From positions 32,001-96,000 of the forward strand of contig OZ223267.1 of NCBI GenBank assembly GCA_965140585.1: a stretch of DNA of 64,000 nt. The letters are read 5' to 3'. Both the position numbers and the translations under genes were made by a program. The stretch comes from Spirochaetia bacterium (lineage in GTDB: Bacteria; Spirochaetota; Spirochaetia; UBA9216). Shown here in pieces: positions 1 to 9,722 of this stretch (position 1 is the stretch's first letter; every line of letters begins with the position of its first letter). The notes under the pieces are model-generated. The model ran no database searches. It was not told where the DNA came from and worked only from the letters and a program-made list of their open reading frames with translations.

Positions 1-2150
1 AGCTCATCTTAAAATTAATAGCCGTAATGGCTCTATTTTCGTTTTTATCATGTGATGATGGAATCCTTGAAAAATTGAAAGAAGATGTTGAGATTGCCAC
101 GGCAAGGCTTCTTGAGCTTACTGTGACAGCCTCTGATCATGGAACTGTTGAGCCTTCCGGAAGCGTATATGTAGCTAAGAGCAGTCCATATGAAATTGCT
201 GCAATTCCCGATGACGGCTATCGCTTTTCCGGATGGGAAGCCTCAGGCGGAGAGGGTATAACATTCGGGAATGCTGCAGATGCATCCACAACAGTTACAC
301 TGTCCTCTGGCAATGCATCAGTCTCGGCAAATTTTGAAATCTACAAGATAGGCGATGTTACTTTTTCACCTGAACCGGGAACTTTTTATGAAACAACGAC
401 CATATATCTGTCAACCGATATATCCGATGCTGATATCTATTACACGCTTGATGAAACAGAGCCTACAGAGACTTCAGGTACATTATACGATTTAGAAAGC
501 GGGATAACGCTGTCTAATACAGATACCACAACGGTTATCACCGCTGCTGCTTATAAGAGCGGTCTGACCTCAAGCAGTCCTTCTGCCGGTACATATTCAA
601 TTTACGGAACAGTAAACGCCCCGGTTATAACATCAACCCCGGATTCTTCTGAAGTATCTGATTATTTTACAGTAACAATGTCTTCGGATACTTCAGGTGT
701 TGACATTTACTACACCATTGATGGTTCGGTTCCCGATAGCGGAAGCACCCTGTATTCAGGTTCATTCGATGTAACCGAAAATACAACAGTCCGAGCTGTC
801 GCTCAAAAGAATAACTGGCTGGATTCTGCCATAGCTTCTGAAGCATTTATAACGGGATGGGCAAAGGCGTCAGGTACAAGTTCATATACAGAGACTGGTA
901 TGAGTGCAGTGCAGGGAACAGACGGTTATATCTATGTAACAGCAAAGAGCTCAGTAAATACCAACCGTCGTCTTTATAAATATACCTCTTCTGGCAATAG
1001 AGTCTGGGGGCGTGTACTCGACCAGGCTGTAGTAGATACCGGAAAACCCATTACACTTGCTGCAGACGGCAGAATAGTCAGCTGTGGTTCCTCTCAAGTT
1101 GGAACAGGTTATACGCGTACAGTAAAAACAAATACTACAGGTACTAATGTCTTTGCCTCTCAGGTAACACCTTACAGTGGTGAGAGTGCTGATAAAATGC
1201 GACATGAAAGCGTTGCGCTGATGAATGATGGAAAGTTTGTTTTTTCAGGGTCCTATTACGGTGATATGGCCGGTTACTCTTTCATACTCCTTTCTGTATC
1301 GGATTCATCCGGAAATATGTCTTACGGAAAATATTTCGGAGGCTCGGACATCGTTCGAACCCCGGGGCTGGATGTTTATCCCTCATCCGGTACAACTACC
1401 GGATTTATCATGTCAGGATATTACCAGGGGACAGGAGGAATAGATGGGTTTTTTATAATTACCGGAATAGATGGAAGCATAATTTCCCAAAAAAAATATT
1501 ATTCTTCTCAGGGTACAAATAAAGATGACAAATTTTATAGTGCAAGGTCAGTTGGTTCATCAGGGTTTATAATTGCCGGTGAATCCAATGGTGTTAATCT
1601 GTATGGAACAAATCTTGATGCTGTACTAATCAGTCTTGACAGTTCAGGAAATCAAAAATGGCTCAAATGCCTTGGAAACGTCAGCTATGATGACGGTTTT
1701 TATGATGCTGTACCTACTTCTGATGGAGGTTATCTTGCTGCCGGGTACACTGAAGCTGCAGGTGCAGGCGGGAAGGATATCTGGATAGTCAAATTCACTT
1801 CATCCGGGACAGTCAGCTGGCAGAGAGTTTACGGCGGAACAAGTGATGATTTTGCGAATGATATCCTCCTCCTTAACGACGGTTCTTATCTGATAACCGG
1901 AACAACTGCATCATTTGGAACCGGAACAAATATCTGGCTTCTTAAAATTGATGAAGCCGGTAATATGTTTGTTAATACATCGGAGCTTGTGTTAGCTCAA
2001 TCTGCTTCAATACCGTATTCCGGATTTACTCTATCGAGTACTAATTTAACATGGTCTGATTCACAGAATATTGCACCTAATTCTTCAGCCTGTGCCGACT
2101 ACTCATCATCAGCAGAAACGCCCACAGTATGGGAACAGTTCCCTCAGTAA
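1..2150 (+). CDS. Surface lipoprotein: InlB-B-like/Ig repeat, two chitobiase/Fn3-associated domains, C-terminal beta-propeller (5' end outside window)
   Basis: Frame is open from the window start (LILKLIAVMALFSFLSC, lipobox-like LSC). Two 'IYYT[LI]DG/E..P' motifs typical of CHB_HEX_C/Fn3_assoc. Repeated 'W.RVYGG..DD.A..I....DG.YLITG.T' propeller blades. Confidence 0.75.
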   Translation, partial: LILKLIAVMALFSFLSCDDGILEKLKEDVEIATARLLELTVTASDHGTVEPSGSVYVAKSSPYEIAAIPDDGYRFSGWEASGGEGITFGNAADASTTVTLSSGNASVSANFEIYKIGDVTFSPEPGTFYETTTIYLSTDISDADIYYTLDETEPTETSGTLYDLESGITLSNTDTTTVITAAAYKSGLTSSSPSAGTYSIYGTVNAPVITSTPDSSEVSDYFTVTMSSDTSGVDIYYTIDGSVPDSGSTLYSGSFDVTENTTVRAVAQKNNWLDSAIASEAFITGWAKASGTSSYTETGMSAVQGTDGYIYVTAKSSVNTNRRLYKYTSSGNRVWGRVLDQAVVDTGKPITLAADGRIVSCGSSQVGTGYTRTVKTNTTGTNVFASQVTPYSGESADKMRHESVALMNDGKFVFSGSYYGDMAGYSFILLSVSDSSGNMSYGKYFGGSDIVRTPGLDVYPSSGTTTGFIMSGYYQGTGGIDGFFIITGIDGSIISQKKYYSSQGTNKDDKFYSARSVGSSGFIIAGESNGVNLYGTNLDAVLISLDSSGNQKWLKCLGNVSYDDGFYDAVPTSDGGYLAAGYTEAAGAGGKDIWIVKFTSSGTVSWQRVYGGTSDDFANDILLLNDGSYLITGTTASFGTGTNIWLLKIDEAGNMFVNTSELVLAQSASIPYSGFTLSSTNLTWSDSQNIAPNSSACADYSSSAETPTVWEQFPQ

Positions 2151-2165
2151 GTAAAGGAAAAAGTA

Positions 2166-4196
2166 ATGAAAAATAAGTGTATATCAATATTGATAATTTT
2201 TATTTCAGGTTTTTCTGCATTTTCAGATAACTTGGAATTTAAGGCAGCTCCTTATGTATCTCTGCCGGTCGCTGAAAGTGCAGATTATTATAATGTAGGC
2301 TATGGTGCAAATCTGGATCTTTTCTGGAGTCCCTTTGAAAACGGAATTTTCGGAGTTTCCGGAGGACTTGGATATTCTGCGCTCCCGACACAGGCCGAAA
2401 CTCTTTTATCTGCTTTCAGGCTGCAGTTAGGCGGCGGTGTTCGATGGCAGTTTCTTCCCCGCCTTACTCTCGGTGCAGATTTACAGGCCGGGTTATATTA
2501 TGGAATTTATGAAACCCTTGATGCTCTGAATACAGCTGCAAGGGGAGCAATACAGCTGGATTTTACTGTTACAGATGCATTCAGCTTCGGCGCCGGCGTC
2601 GATTATTCAAGATTTTTTACATCTGAAACCTCACTATATGATGGTGTCGGTGTTAGTATAATGGGAACTGTAAAGCCCTCCGGAGTAGGAGCTTCCCCAA
2701 AGATAGATTTAAAATATATTGAGAGCCAGCCTGTATTTCCGGTGTTCTATAAATGGTATGATACTAACACATTCGGTAACGGGACTTTAAAAAACTCCAG
2801 TACCTCAACTTTGAAGAATATCAATGTACAGGTTTTTATTAATGAATTTATGGATACACCCAAAGACTGTATAAGTATAGCTCAGGTGAAACCCGGTGAT
2901 ACAGTTGATTTTCCAGTCTATGCTCTTTTTAAAGACAGTATTCTTACCGTGACCGAAAAAACTAAGGTTGCTGGTGAAATTGTTATTGAGTATGAAGCAC
3001 TTGGGAACACTTACAGAACAAAAAAGAATTTCACTCTGGATGTCTATGACCGGAATGCAATTACCTGGTCTGATGATCGACGTGCGGCTTCCTTTGTGAC
3101 TGCAAAGGATCCGGCAGTGTTGCAGTTTGCCAAGGAAATTGCCGGAGGGGCAAGGGATTATCATCTAAAAGCAGGAGATAAAAACTTCCGTTCTGCAATG
3201 GCTTTATTTCTTGCTATGCAGGAATTTGGAATGAAGTATATTGTTGACCCGGTTTCTTCATATGAATCCATTTCAGGTGATGATTCCGCAGTAGATTATT
3301 TGCAGTTTCCAAGACAAACACTTCAGTATAGATCCGGAGACTGTGATGATCTGACAATACTTTACTGTGCGCTTCTTGAATCTGTCGGAATCAAGACCGC
3401 ATTTATCACTGTTCCTGGGCATATATATCCGGCTTTTGCGTTATCCATTTCTTCGGATGAAGCTGGAAAGACATTCAGAAATGAGCAGGAGAATTTAATT
3501 TTTGATAACGAACAGGTGTGGGTCCCTGTTGAAATTACAATGCTTAATTCCGGTTTTGTCGATGCCTGGCAGAAAGGAGCCGGGGAATGGATGGAGAATA
3601 CCGAGAATGCTTCAATCTATTCAGTACATGATGCATGGAAGACTTATGAAAGTGTAGGTATCCGTGAGGAGCTTAAGGAAATCAAGGTGCCGTTATGGAA
3701 TGAAGTAAAAGTATCGTATGCCAGGGAGATAGATAGATATATTACATCAGAGCTTGATCCCCAGATTAAGCAGATAGAATCCAGAATGGCATCTATAGGT
3801 TCTTCACCAAGACTGGAAAACAGGATCGGAACCCTTTACGCTAGATATGGAAAGCTTGATGAAGCAGGAAGAATATTTAAAAAAATTATTGAAAAGGATA
3901 ATTTTCTGCCGTCTTACAATAATCTTGCCAATGTTTATTACCTTCAGGAGGATTATTCTTCGGCTCTCTTTTATTTTAACAAAGCTGAGAGCATTTCACC
4001 CGATCAGAGATATATAATTGCCGGTAGAATAAAAGCACTGAAAGCCTTAAATCGGTTCACTGAAGCTGACGAACAGTACAACAGGCTTATAGCTCTTTAT
4101 CCTGAATACGAAAAGGAATATTCCATTTTATCGGGGAATTCTACAAATACCGACAGAGCAGGTGAAACTGAACTGCCGGTGGAATGGGATGATTAA
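2166..4196 (+). CDS. Outer-membrane beta-barrel + Ig-like + transglutaminase-like + TPR protein (paralog A)
   Basis: Signal peptide; amphipathic beta-strands aa ~20-170 (LQLGGGVRWQF, FSFGAGVDYSRF); SGDCDDL at 3333-3353, TVPGHIY, WVPVEIT; TPR repeats (YNNLANVYYLQEDYSSALFYFNKA). Confidence 0.8.
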   Translation: MKNKCISILIIFISGFSAFSDNLEFKAAPYVSLPVAESADYYNVGYGANLDLFWSPFENGIFGVSGGLGYSALPTQAETLLSAFRLQLGGGVRWQFLPRLTLGADLQAGLYYGIYETLDALNTAARGAIQLDFTVTDAFSFGAGVDYSRFFTSETSLYDGVGVSIMGTVKPSGVGASPKIDLKYIESQPVFPVFYKWYDTNTFGNGTLKNSSTSTLKNINVQVFINEFMDTPKDCISIAQVKPGDTVDFPVYALFKDSILTVTEKTKVAGEIVIEYEALGNTYRTKKNFTLDVYDRNAITWSDDRRAASFVTAKDPAVLQFAKEIAGGARDYHLKAGDKNFRSAMALFLAMQEFGMKYIVDPVSSYESISGDDSAVDYLQFPRQTLQYRSGDCDDLTILYCALLESVGIKTAFITVPGHIYPAFALSISSDEAGKTFRNEQENLIFDNEQVWVPVEITMLNSGFVDAWQKGAGEWMENTENASIYSVHDAWKTYESVGIREELKEIKVPLWNEVKVSYAREIDRYITSELDPQIKQIESRMASIGSSPRLENRIGTLYARYGKLDEAGRIFKKIIEKDNFLPSYNNLANVYYLQEDYSSALFYFNKAESISPDQRYIIAGRIKALKALNRFTEADEQYNRLIALYPEYEKEYSILSGNSTNTDRAGETELPVEWDD

Positions 4197-4198
4197 AA

Positions 4199-5407
4199 TT
4201 ATTCCGGAAGTGCAGCTTTCTCTGACACCCTGTTTCTGAGGAGCAGGGTCGTCAGAAAAGTTATAGATAGTAGTATCGTAAAGAATACAAGAATATAATC
4301 AAGTGAAAGATTAATTGAAATAAAGCTGCCAAGTACGGGTGATATAAACCATGCAGTCGAGCCTACCATGGTCTGAATTCCGAATAGAAATCCACGGTTC
4401 GCAGATGGAACCTTCTCGCTTGTGAGTGACATTACAAGAGGCTCAATGCCTCCTATGAAAAAATAAGTCAGCATCAGAGATATAAATAGACCTGATACAC
4501 CGCCCAAAACATTAGAGGAAAGTGAAACAACCGCACCGATACCGGAAAGAATATACAGCAGTTTTGAGCGGTCCATTGAATCTCCGAGTCTCGCAAGAGT
4601 GAGTCCGGAAAGAGCGGACACCAGCCCGATTCCTCCCGACAGCAGACCGGTTATGCTTGCACTTCCTTCGATGGTGCCACGGAGTTCCTGAATATACAGA
4701 GGCAGGAAGGGGGTAGGGAGTGTACGCGACATTCTCATAAAAAACAGGATGATAAACAATGCAATTATACTGGGTGTAATTAGTTTCAGTTTACGGTTTG
4801 CGGGGGCTTCCTGAGTTCTGTTTTTTCCTTCTATGTCCTGCTCAGGTTCCTTGATAATTAGGATTACAAGAAAGAATCCGGTAATTAGAATTGCCGAACC
4901 TATAAAAAAGCTCATTCTGTATCCGAAATATTCTGCAATAATTCCGCCTATTGCAGGTCCCAGGGAATATCCGATAAAGGTTGATAATGATAGAAATCCA
5001 AGCGCATAGGATAGTTTTTTTACCGGAGTCCCTGTTGCCACGAGGGCAGAGCTTGAGGTTACGGTTCCTGTAATGGCTCCCTGAAGTATTCTGAAGATGA
5101 AAACAGCATAGATGCTTCTTGAAAGACCGAGCCCGGCAAGCACAATTGCCGCACCCATCATTGCTCTTGCAAGCATAAGTTTTTTTCCGAATTTATCTGC
5201 AAGGTATCCCCATACGGGAGCCATAACAGCAAGAGCTACACCAGGCATCGCAGTCAGGAGTCCTGTCCAGAATTTCAGTGCAACCGGATCTGTTATACCC
5301 ATCTCTTGAATATAGAACGGAATAAAAGGCAGACCGAACCCGAATCCTATAAGTGAAAATAACTGAGTAAACCAAACTGCATAGAGATTTCTGCGCCATA
5401 ACTGCAT
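4199..5407 (-). CDS. MFS transporter (DHA1/MdtG-like)
   Basis: WRRNLYAVWFTQ..PFIPFYI N-terminus, motif A 'WGYLADKFGKK', about 12 hydrophobic segments. Confidence 0.9.
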   Translation of the reverse strand: MQLWRRNLYAVWFTQLFSLIGFGFGLPFIPFYIQEMGITDPVALKFWTGLLTAMPGVALAVMAPVWGYLADKFGKKLMLARAMMGAAIVLAGLGLSRSIYAVFIFRILQGAITGTVTSSSALVATGTPVKKLSYALGFLSLSTFIGYSLGPAIGGIIAEYFGYRMSFFIGSAILITGFFLVILIIKEPEQDIEGKNRTQEAPANRKLKLITPSIIALFIILFFMRMSRTLPTPFLPLYIQELRGTIEGSASITGLLSGGIGLVSALSGLTLARLGDSMDRSKLLYILSGIGAVVSLSSNVLGGVSGLFISLMLTYFFIGGIEPLVMSLTSEKVPSANRGFLFGIQTMVGSTAWFISPVLGSFISINLSLDYILVFFTILLSITFLTTLLLRNRVSEKAALPE

Positions 5408-5413
5408 GAGACT

Positions 5414-5442
5414 ATTTTACTTGAAAAGATGTGTTTGGTAAA
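5414..5442 (-). promoter_or_regulatory. sigma70-like promoter for the MFS gene, positioned for a leaderless mRNA
   Basis: TTTACC-N17-TAAAAT-N6-ATG; no Shine-Dalgarno. Confidence 0.55.
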
Positions 5443-5456
5443 CGAGGCCTAAAATT

Positions 5457-6389
5457 TCATTTGATATGTTTAAACTTAACCACAGCAAACTTACCCATTT
5501 TTATGAGTTTTGTTACCTCAGCATTTGCAAAACAGTTCTTAGTTACATCATTACTCAGGTAGATTCTTATATCTTCCTCCGCGTGAAGTTCATGTTCCTT
5601 TGTGTTTAGGAGTACTGCTGCATCCTGCGTTAGAAGGAGTATTTCTGATTCCTGATGGTCTTGAAAATCTTCATCTTCACTTTGAATAAATACCTTAAAC
5701 CGTACTTTTTTCTTTACCGGTTCAGATTCCATCTCATGGTTTACTTCAATCAAATTTTCTTTAACTTTGTTAACCTTTAACTGATAGAAAGCTATTCCTG
5801 AGTAAGAGCATGTAAAAAGTTCAATATTATCCTCCGATGAAACCTGATTCAGAGTTTCATCAGTTTTAATCAGCATATTCGCATCTGAAACTGAATAGAT
5901 ATCGGCATCAGCTGTTTCTCCGGAATTTAATGAGAGTTTAACTGCTGAATTGGCCTGAAGAGATCTAGTTGTATGATCCGGTATCTGATCTGTATTGTGG
6001 CTGAATCCCAGTTTTGCAGAAAGTGAATCAAGCAAATCAGTTCTGATTGTAGAGACAGCAGAGAGGTGTTCGGCTGCATGTCTGAATGTTCCGCGATTGG
6101 TAAGCAGAAGATACTTCTTATCGGAATCTTTCAGGTATACGGATAATTCATCAATTAAATCAAGTTCATTTATAGTAAGGTTTAGTTTTCGAATCAGCTT
6201 CTCGTAACGGTTTCTAACTGTAATTCTTGTCTTCCGTCTCTGAGTTCCCTTCAGTATCAACGCCAGAATACTGAATATTACTATGATAGATACAATAATT
6301 GTCAGAAATGTAAATTCTTCTGTTCTGGTAGTCGCGTTTAGTGCTTTTCTTATTGCATCAAGAACTGTTTGTGTTGTTTCATTATTCAT
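5457..6389 (-). CDS. Membrane-anchored hypothetical protein, possibly a degenerate PilZ/flagellar-brake-like protein
   Basis: Single N-terminal TM, helical region, then two beta-rich modules ending 'FANAEVTKL...AVVKFKHIK' (PilZ-like end); no RxxxR motif. Confidence 0.5.
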   Translation of the reverse strand: MNNETTQTVLDAIRKALNATTRTEEFTFLTIIVSIIVIFSILALILKGTQRRKTRITVRNRYEKLIRKLNLTINELDLIDELSVYLKDSDKKYLLLTNRGTFRHAAEHLSAVSTIRTDLLDSLSAKLGFSHNTDQIPDHTTRSLQANSAVKLSLNSGETADADIYSVSDANMLIKTDETLNQVSSEDNIELFTCSYSGIAFYQLKVNKVKENLIEVNHEMESEPVKKKVRFKVFIQSEDEDFQDHQESEILLLTQDAAVLLNTKEHELHAEEDIRIYLSNDVTKNCFANAEVTKLIKMGKFAVVKFKHIK

Positions 6390-6396
6390 GCTTATT

Positions 6397-6425
6397 ATTT
6401 TTAATCTTAGTTACGGATATGTCAA
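6397..6425 (-). promoter_or_regulatory. sigma70-like promoter, leaderless position
   Basis: TTGACA (6425-6420)-N17-AAAAAT-N7-ATG (6389); no SD. Confidence 0.45.
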
Positions 6426-6448
6426 TCATAATAAGTCTTGTACGGCTC

Positions 6449-7084
6449 TTAAAAAGGAACTGGAGTGCTGAACTCCATTCTATCACCTGTGACCGGGTGA
6501 TTAAATGCAATCTCTGAAGCGTGAAGCAGCAGCCGTTCTCCCGGTTTACGGCTGCCGTAAAGCCGATCTCCGCAGATGGGATGTCCAAGACCTAGCGGGT
6601 GGGCTGAATGAACCCTGAGCTGATGAGTTCTTCCGGTAAGCGGTGTAAACTCAATTCTTGTTTTTGAATCTTCTATAGACAATTTTTTCCAAAGTGTGAT
6701 GCCTTTTCTTCCATTTACAGGATCATGAACCTGGTATGGACGGTTATCAGGATCAAGCCTGAAGTAGAGTTCGATCCGGCCTTCATCACCTTCAGTGAGG
6801 CCATCAAGAACTGCGATGTATTTTTTAGATACAGTTCTCTGCTGAAACTGTATTGAGAGAGCGCGGAGAGCTTCTGCGGTTTTTGCATAAACCATTACCC
6901 CGCTTGTATCCATATCAAGCCTGTGTGCCGCCGGGTTATCAACTATACCCGGAAACTTCTCTTTGAGTATGCTCACAACGCAGTACTGCTTGTCCTCGCC
7001 CCTGCCGGGAACCGACAACAGTCCCTCCGGTTTATTGATAACTATAATACTCTCATCATCATAAATAATAAAATCATCTCTCAT
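6449..7084 (-). CDS. rluA: RluA-family pseudouridine synthase (catalytic part)
   Basis: INKPEGLLSVPG, HRLDMDTSG (catalytic Asp), TGRTHQLRVH, ICGDRLYG, LLLHA. The ATG at 7084 overlaps the upstream TGA (ATGA). Confidence 0.9.
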   Translation of the reverse strand: MRDDFIIYDDESIIVINKPEGLLSVPGRGEDKQYCVVSILKEKFPGIVDNPAAHRLDMDTSGVMVYAKTAEALRALSIQFQQRTVSKKYIAVLDGLTEGDEGRIELYFRLDPDNRPYQVHDPVNGRKGITLWKKLSIEDSKTRIEFTPLTGRTHQLRVHSAHPLGLGHPICGDRLYGSRKPGERLLLHASEIAFNHPVTGDRMEFSTPVPF

Positions 7085-7764
7085 AAAACCATCCCGCTGC
7101 CTTGCAGCATAAAACCCATAAGCGGTCCGCATTTTTCTTCACAGGGTGCATAGAACTTCCCATGTTTGCGCTTACCCGATTTATTCTCAGGGCCGTAAAA
7201 GAATTCGGTCAAACCAAGCGGTTTCAGATTATATAAAACCGCTGAATTAAGCAGTTTCGGTGCACAGCAGTCTCCTGTTCCCGACGGTATTCCCTTTCTG
7301 TTTTTGAAAAGTTCAAACAGTGATGTTGTATCACCTTTAAAGTTTCTGATATTGTACATTGCATGTATATCATGCATAAACTCTCTGGAAAGTTCCCTGC
7401 GTTTATTTTCAAGCCTTACCCGTTCCGGAGTGCCGGGGTTCATGGAGTTTATTTCTATGCCCAGATTTTTTATCACCGGGTCCCGCTGCTCCACCATCAA
7501 AGTGAATTCTTCAGTATCCAGAATAGGGTTTACCCATCCCGGAACATACCAGTGTCCATTGTACTGACCGCTGAATGCTTTAAGCACTTTATCAGCACCA
7601 TCAGCTGTTCTGCACAGGAGCACTCCGAACATCTGACCGCCTCCGGATCCAAACAGATAATCCGTGGATAACGCCGGATTGGGGATCTCATTTTCAAAAT
7701 CAATTCTTTTAAATGACTCCAGCTTATTTATTAGTTCTACAGCATACTCTTTTGCATTCTGCAT
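7081..7764 (-). CDS. Stand-alone N-terminal domain of long-form RluA proteins (Cys-rich, putative Zn-binding)
   Basis: GQMFGVLLC, LKAFSG, PSGTGDCCAPKLL, EFFYG, FYAPCEEKC match the N-terminal extension of long RluA proteins. Start taken at ATG 7764, after the ABC-2 permease stop. Confidence 0.75.
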   Translation of the reverse strand: MQNAKEYAVELINKLESFKRIDFENEIPNPALSTDYLFGSGGGQMFGVLLCRTADGADKVLKAFSGQYNGHWYVPGWVNPILDTEEFTLMVEQRDPVIKNLGIEINSMNPGTPERVRLENKRRELSREFMHDIHAMYNIRNFKGDTTSLFELFKNRKGIPSGTGDCCAPKLLNSAVLYNLKPLGLTEFFYGPENKSGKRKHGKFYAPCEEKCGPLMGFMLQGSGMVL

Positions 7765-7775
7765 TTTTTCTCTCT

Positions 7776-8456
7776 TTAGATAAACTCCCTTTGCCGGTAC
7801 CAGGATAATGAGAACCTGAAGGCCGCGAAGAGCATCAGACCGGATAAAACAGGCATTACTGTGTTGATGATATATCTGTGTAAACCTGTAAGGATACCAA
7901 TTGCATCCTGAAACGAGTCCGGTGTTTTTCCGGTAAGTTCCGGGCACAATTTCATTACTATCGTGTATATACCCAGTACCGCTATCATGGCAATATAATT
8001 AGCCCATCTACTTTTATGGTAGCCCATGCTGAAATATAAAGGAAAATAGATACTGAAGTAAACTGCGGGAAAGAATATAAACTGAATCAGCAGATCTGTA
8101 GAAAATACGGCTTCAATACTTATTTCAGCAATAAAGAATGACATAACGACAATGGACACGCTTCTGATGATATTAAATAAAAGAAGATATATACCTATGC
8201 TGATGAACTTCGCGGCAACTAATTCACCCCGGCTTACCGGCATTGCTGCGAATGCACGATCGGTCTGATATTTATCATCAAGCGCATTAGCATAAACAAT
8301 ATATATGTAAGCAGCTGCGATATACGGCAATATTATGAAAATTGAATCACTGCCGGAACTTACGGCAAATGCGCTCAGCACAGGCATCAGCAGCATGTAA
8401 ACAGCAGATTTTCCGCCTTTCTGTATTAAGAAATCCTTATAAACCAGACTGAGCAT
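7776..8456 (-). CDS. ABC-2 transporter permease
   Basis: MLSLVYKD start, 'AMPVSRGELVAAKF' motif, 6 TM segments; follows the ABC ATPase. Confidence 0.85.
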   Translation of the reverse strand: MLSLVYKDFLIQKGGKSAVYMLLMPVLSAFAVSSGSDSIFIILPYIAAAYIYIVYANALDDKYQTDRAFAAMPVSRGELVAAKFISIGIYLLLFNIIRSVSIVVMSFFIAEISIEAVFSTDLLIQFIFFPAVYFSIYFPLYFSMGYHKSRWANYIAMIAVLGIYTIVMKLCPELTGKTPDSFQDAIGILTGLHRYIINTVMPVLSGLMLFAAFRFSLSWYRQREFI

Positions 8457-9339
8457 TTTTTTCTCCTTTAAGCATGGTAAGCATCAATTCTTCAAGACTG
8501 GGCCTGCTGATTATCAGATCGCGGGAATCTATCTGCCGGCTGAAAATCTTTTTGGTGAGTTCCAAATCATCAGTTATTCCGGTAAAATGCGTGTCGCGCC
8601 TGTTTATATAGCCGATACTTCCCGAGGTGTCGCGGTCAAGAAGATCAATTCTGCCTTTCACAAGCCTGAACCGATCACTGAGAGTATCCATCGGCTCATT
8701 AAAGACTATTTTTCCGTCTTTTAAAAAGGCTATATAATCAGCAATCTTTTCCAAATCAGTTGTGATATGACTCGAGAATATAACCGAAATCTCTTCAGTG
8801 GCAATTCTCTGCTGCAGAAGTTCAAGGATTTCCGCCCGGAATAAAGGATCAAGGCCTGATGTGGGTTCATCCATGATAATTAATTCAGCCTGATGTGAAA
8901 GGGCAATGGCAAGAGAATATTTCATTTTCATTCCCTTTGAAAGAGTCTCGATCTTTCGTGACGGATCCAGTCCGAAATCACTTATGTAACCCTTATATGC
9001 AGCTGTATCCCAATTTTTGTAAAGTTTTGAGACTATCCCGGTCATTTCCTTTAGAGTCAGCTGCTGGTACCAGGGCGGTTCATCGAATACGAAACCTATG
9101 CGTTGTTTAATTTCTTTTTCTGCATTGTAAAGATCTTCACCGAATATCTTAATATCTCCGCTATCTTTGTTTATAAGATTGAGGATTAATTTAATCAGAG
9201 TTGTTTTACCGGCTCCATTAGGACCTATCAAGCCAAGAATATAGCCTTTTTCAAGCGAAATAGATATATTCTCAAGGCCGAAGGGGCTTGATTGATCATA
9301 TCGTTTTGATATGCCGTTTATTTCGATTACAGGTGGCAT
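8437..9339 (-). CDS. ABC transporter ATP-binding protein (YtrB-like)
   Basis: GPNGAGKTT, LSKGMKMK, IMDEPTSGLD, SSHI. Confidence 0.93.
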   Translation of the reverse strand: MPPVIEINGISKRYDQSSPFGLENISISLEKGYILGLIGPNGAGKTTLIKLILNLINKDSGDIKIFGEDLYNAEKEIKQRIGFVFDEPPWYQQLTLKEMTGIVSKLYKNWDTAAYKGYISDFGLDPSRKIETLSKGMKMKYSLAIALSHQAELIIMDEPTSGLDPLFRAEILELLQQRIATEEISVIFSSHITTDLEKIADYIAFLKDGKIVFNEPMDTLSDRFRLVKGRIDLLDRDTSGSIGYINRRDTHFTGITDDLELTKKIFSRQIDSRDLIISRPSLEELMLTMLKGEKNAQSGL

Positions 9340-9340
9340 T

Positions 9341-9715
9341 TCAGTTTTCCTCCTTTAAAATTTGAAGCATGTCTTTTATTTCATTAATATCAAGATTTAG
9401 GTAATCAGCCTGCTTGATTACTTCAGAAAGCAGCTCTTCCAGAAGTCTCAATCGTCTTTCTCTGAGCATTGAATTATTATCTGCTGCAAAGCAGCCTTTT
9501 CCAGGGATGGTAACTATAAGCCCTTCCTTTTCCAGCTCATCATAGGCTCTTTTGGTTGTAATTACGCTGATCGAAAGCTCTGCTGCCATACTCCGGATTG
9601 AAGGCAGGGATTCACCTCCCTCAATTTCTCCATTCATGATCGACTTTCGAAGCTGAGAGACTATCTGTTCGTACAAGGGTAAATCTGAACTGTTTGATAT
9701 GACAATATTTAACAT
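9341..9715 (-). CDS. GntR-family regulator, YtrA subfamily
   Basis: PLYEQI...LPSIRSMAAELSISVITTKRAYDELEKEGLI..PGKG with a short C-terminus; start at ATG 9715 after AGAGG. Confidence 0.92.
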   Translation of the reverse strand: MLNIVISNSSDLPLYEQIVSQLRKSIMNGEIEGGESLPSIRSMAAELSISVITTKRAYDELEKEGLIVTIPGKGCFAADNNSMLRERRLRLLEELLSEVIKQADYLNLDINEIKDMLQILKEEN

Positions 9716-9722
9716 ACTTCCT

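Noticed and set aside
7765-7947. ORF-track N-terminal extensions (also 9716-9772, 28792-28842, 34049-34081, 45471-45587, 57891-57980)
   Set aside because: They overlap neighbouring genes or regulatory sites; downstream starts fit SD, signal-peptide or domain evidence better.
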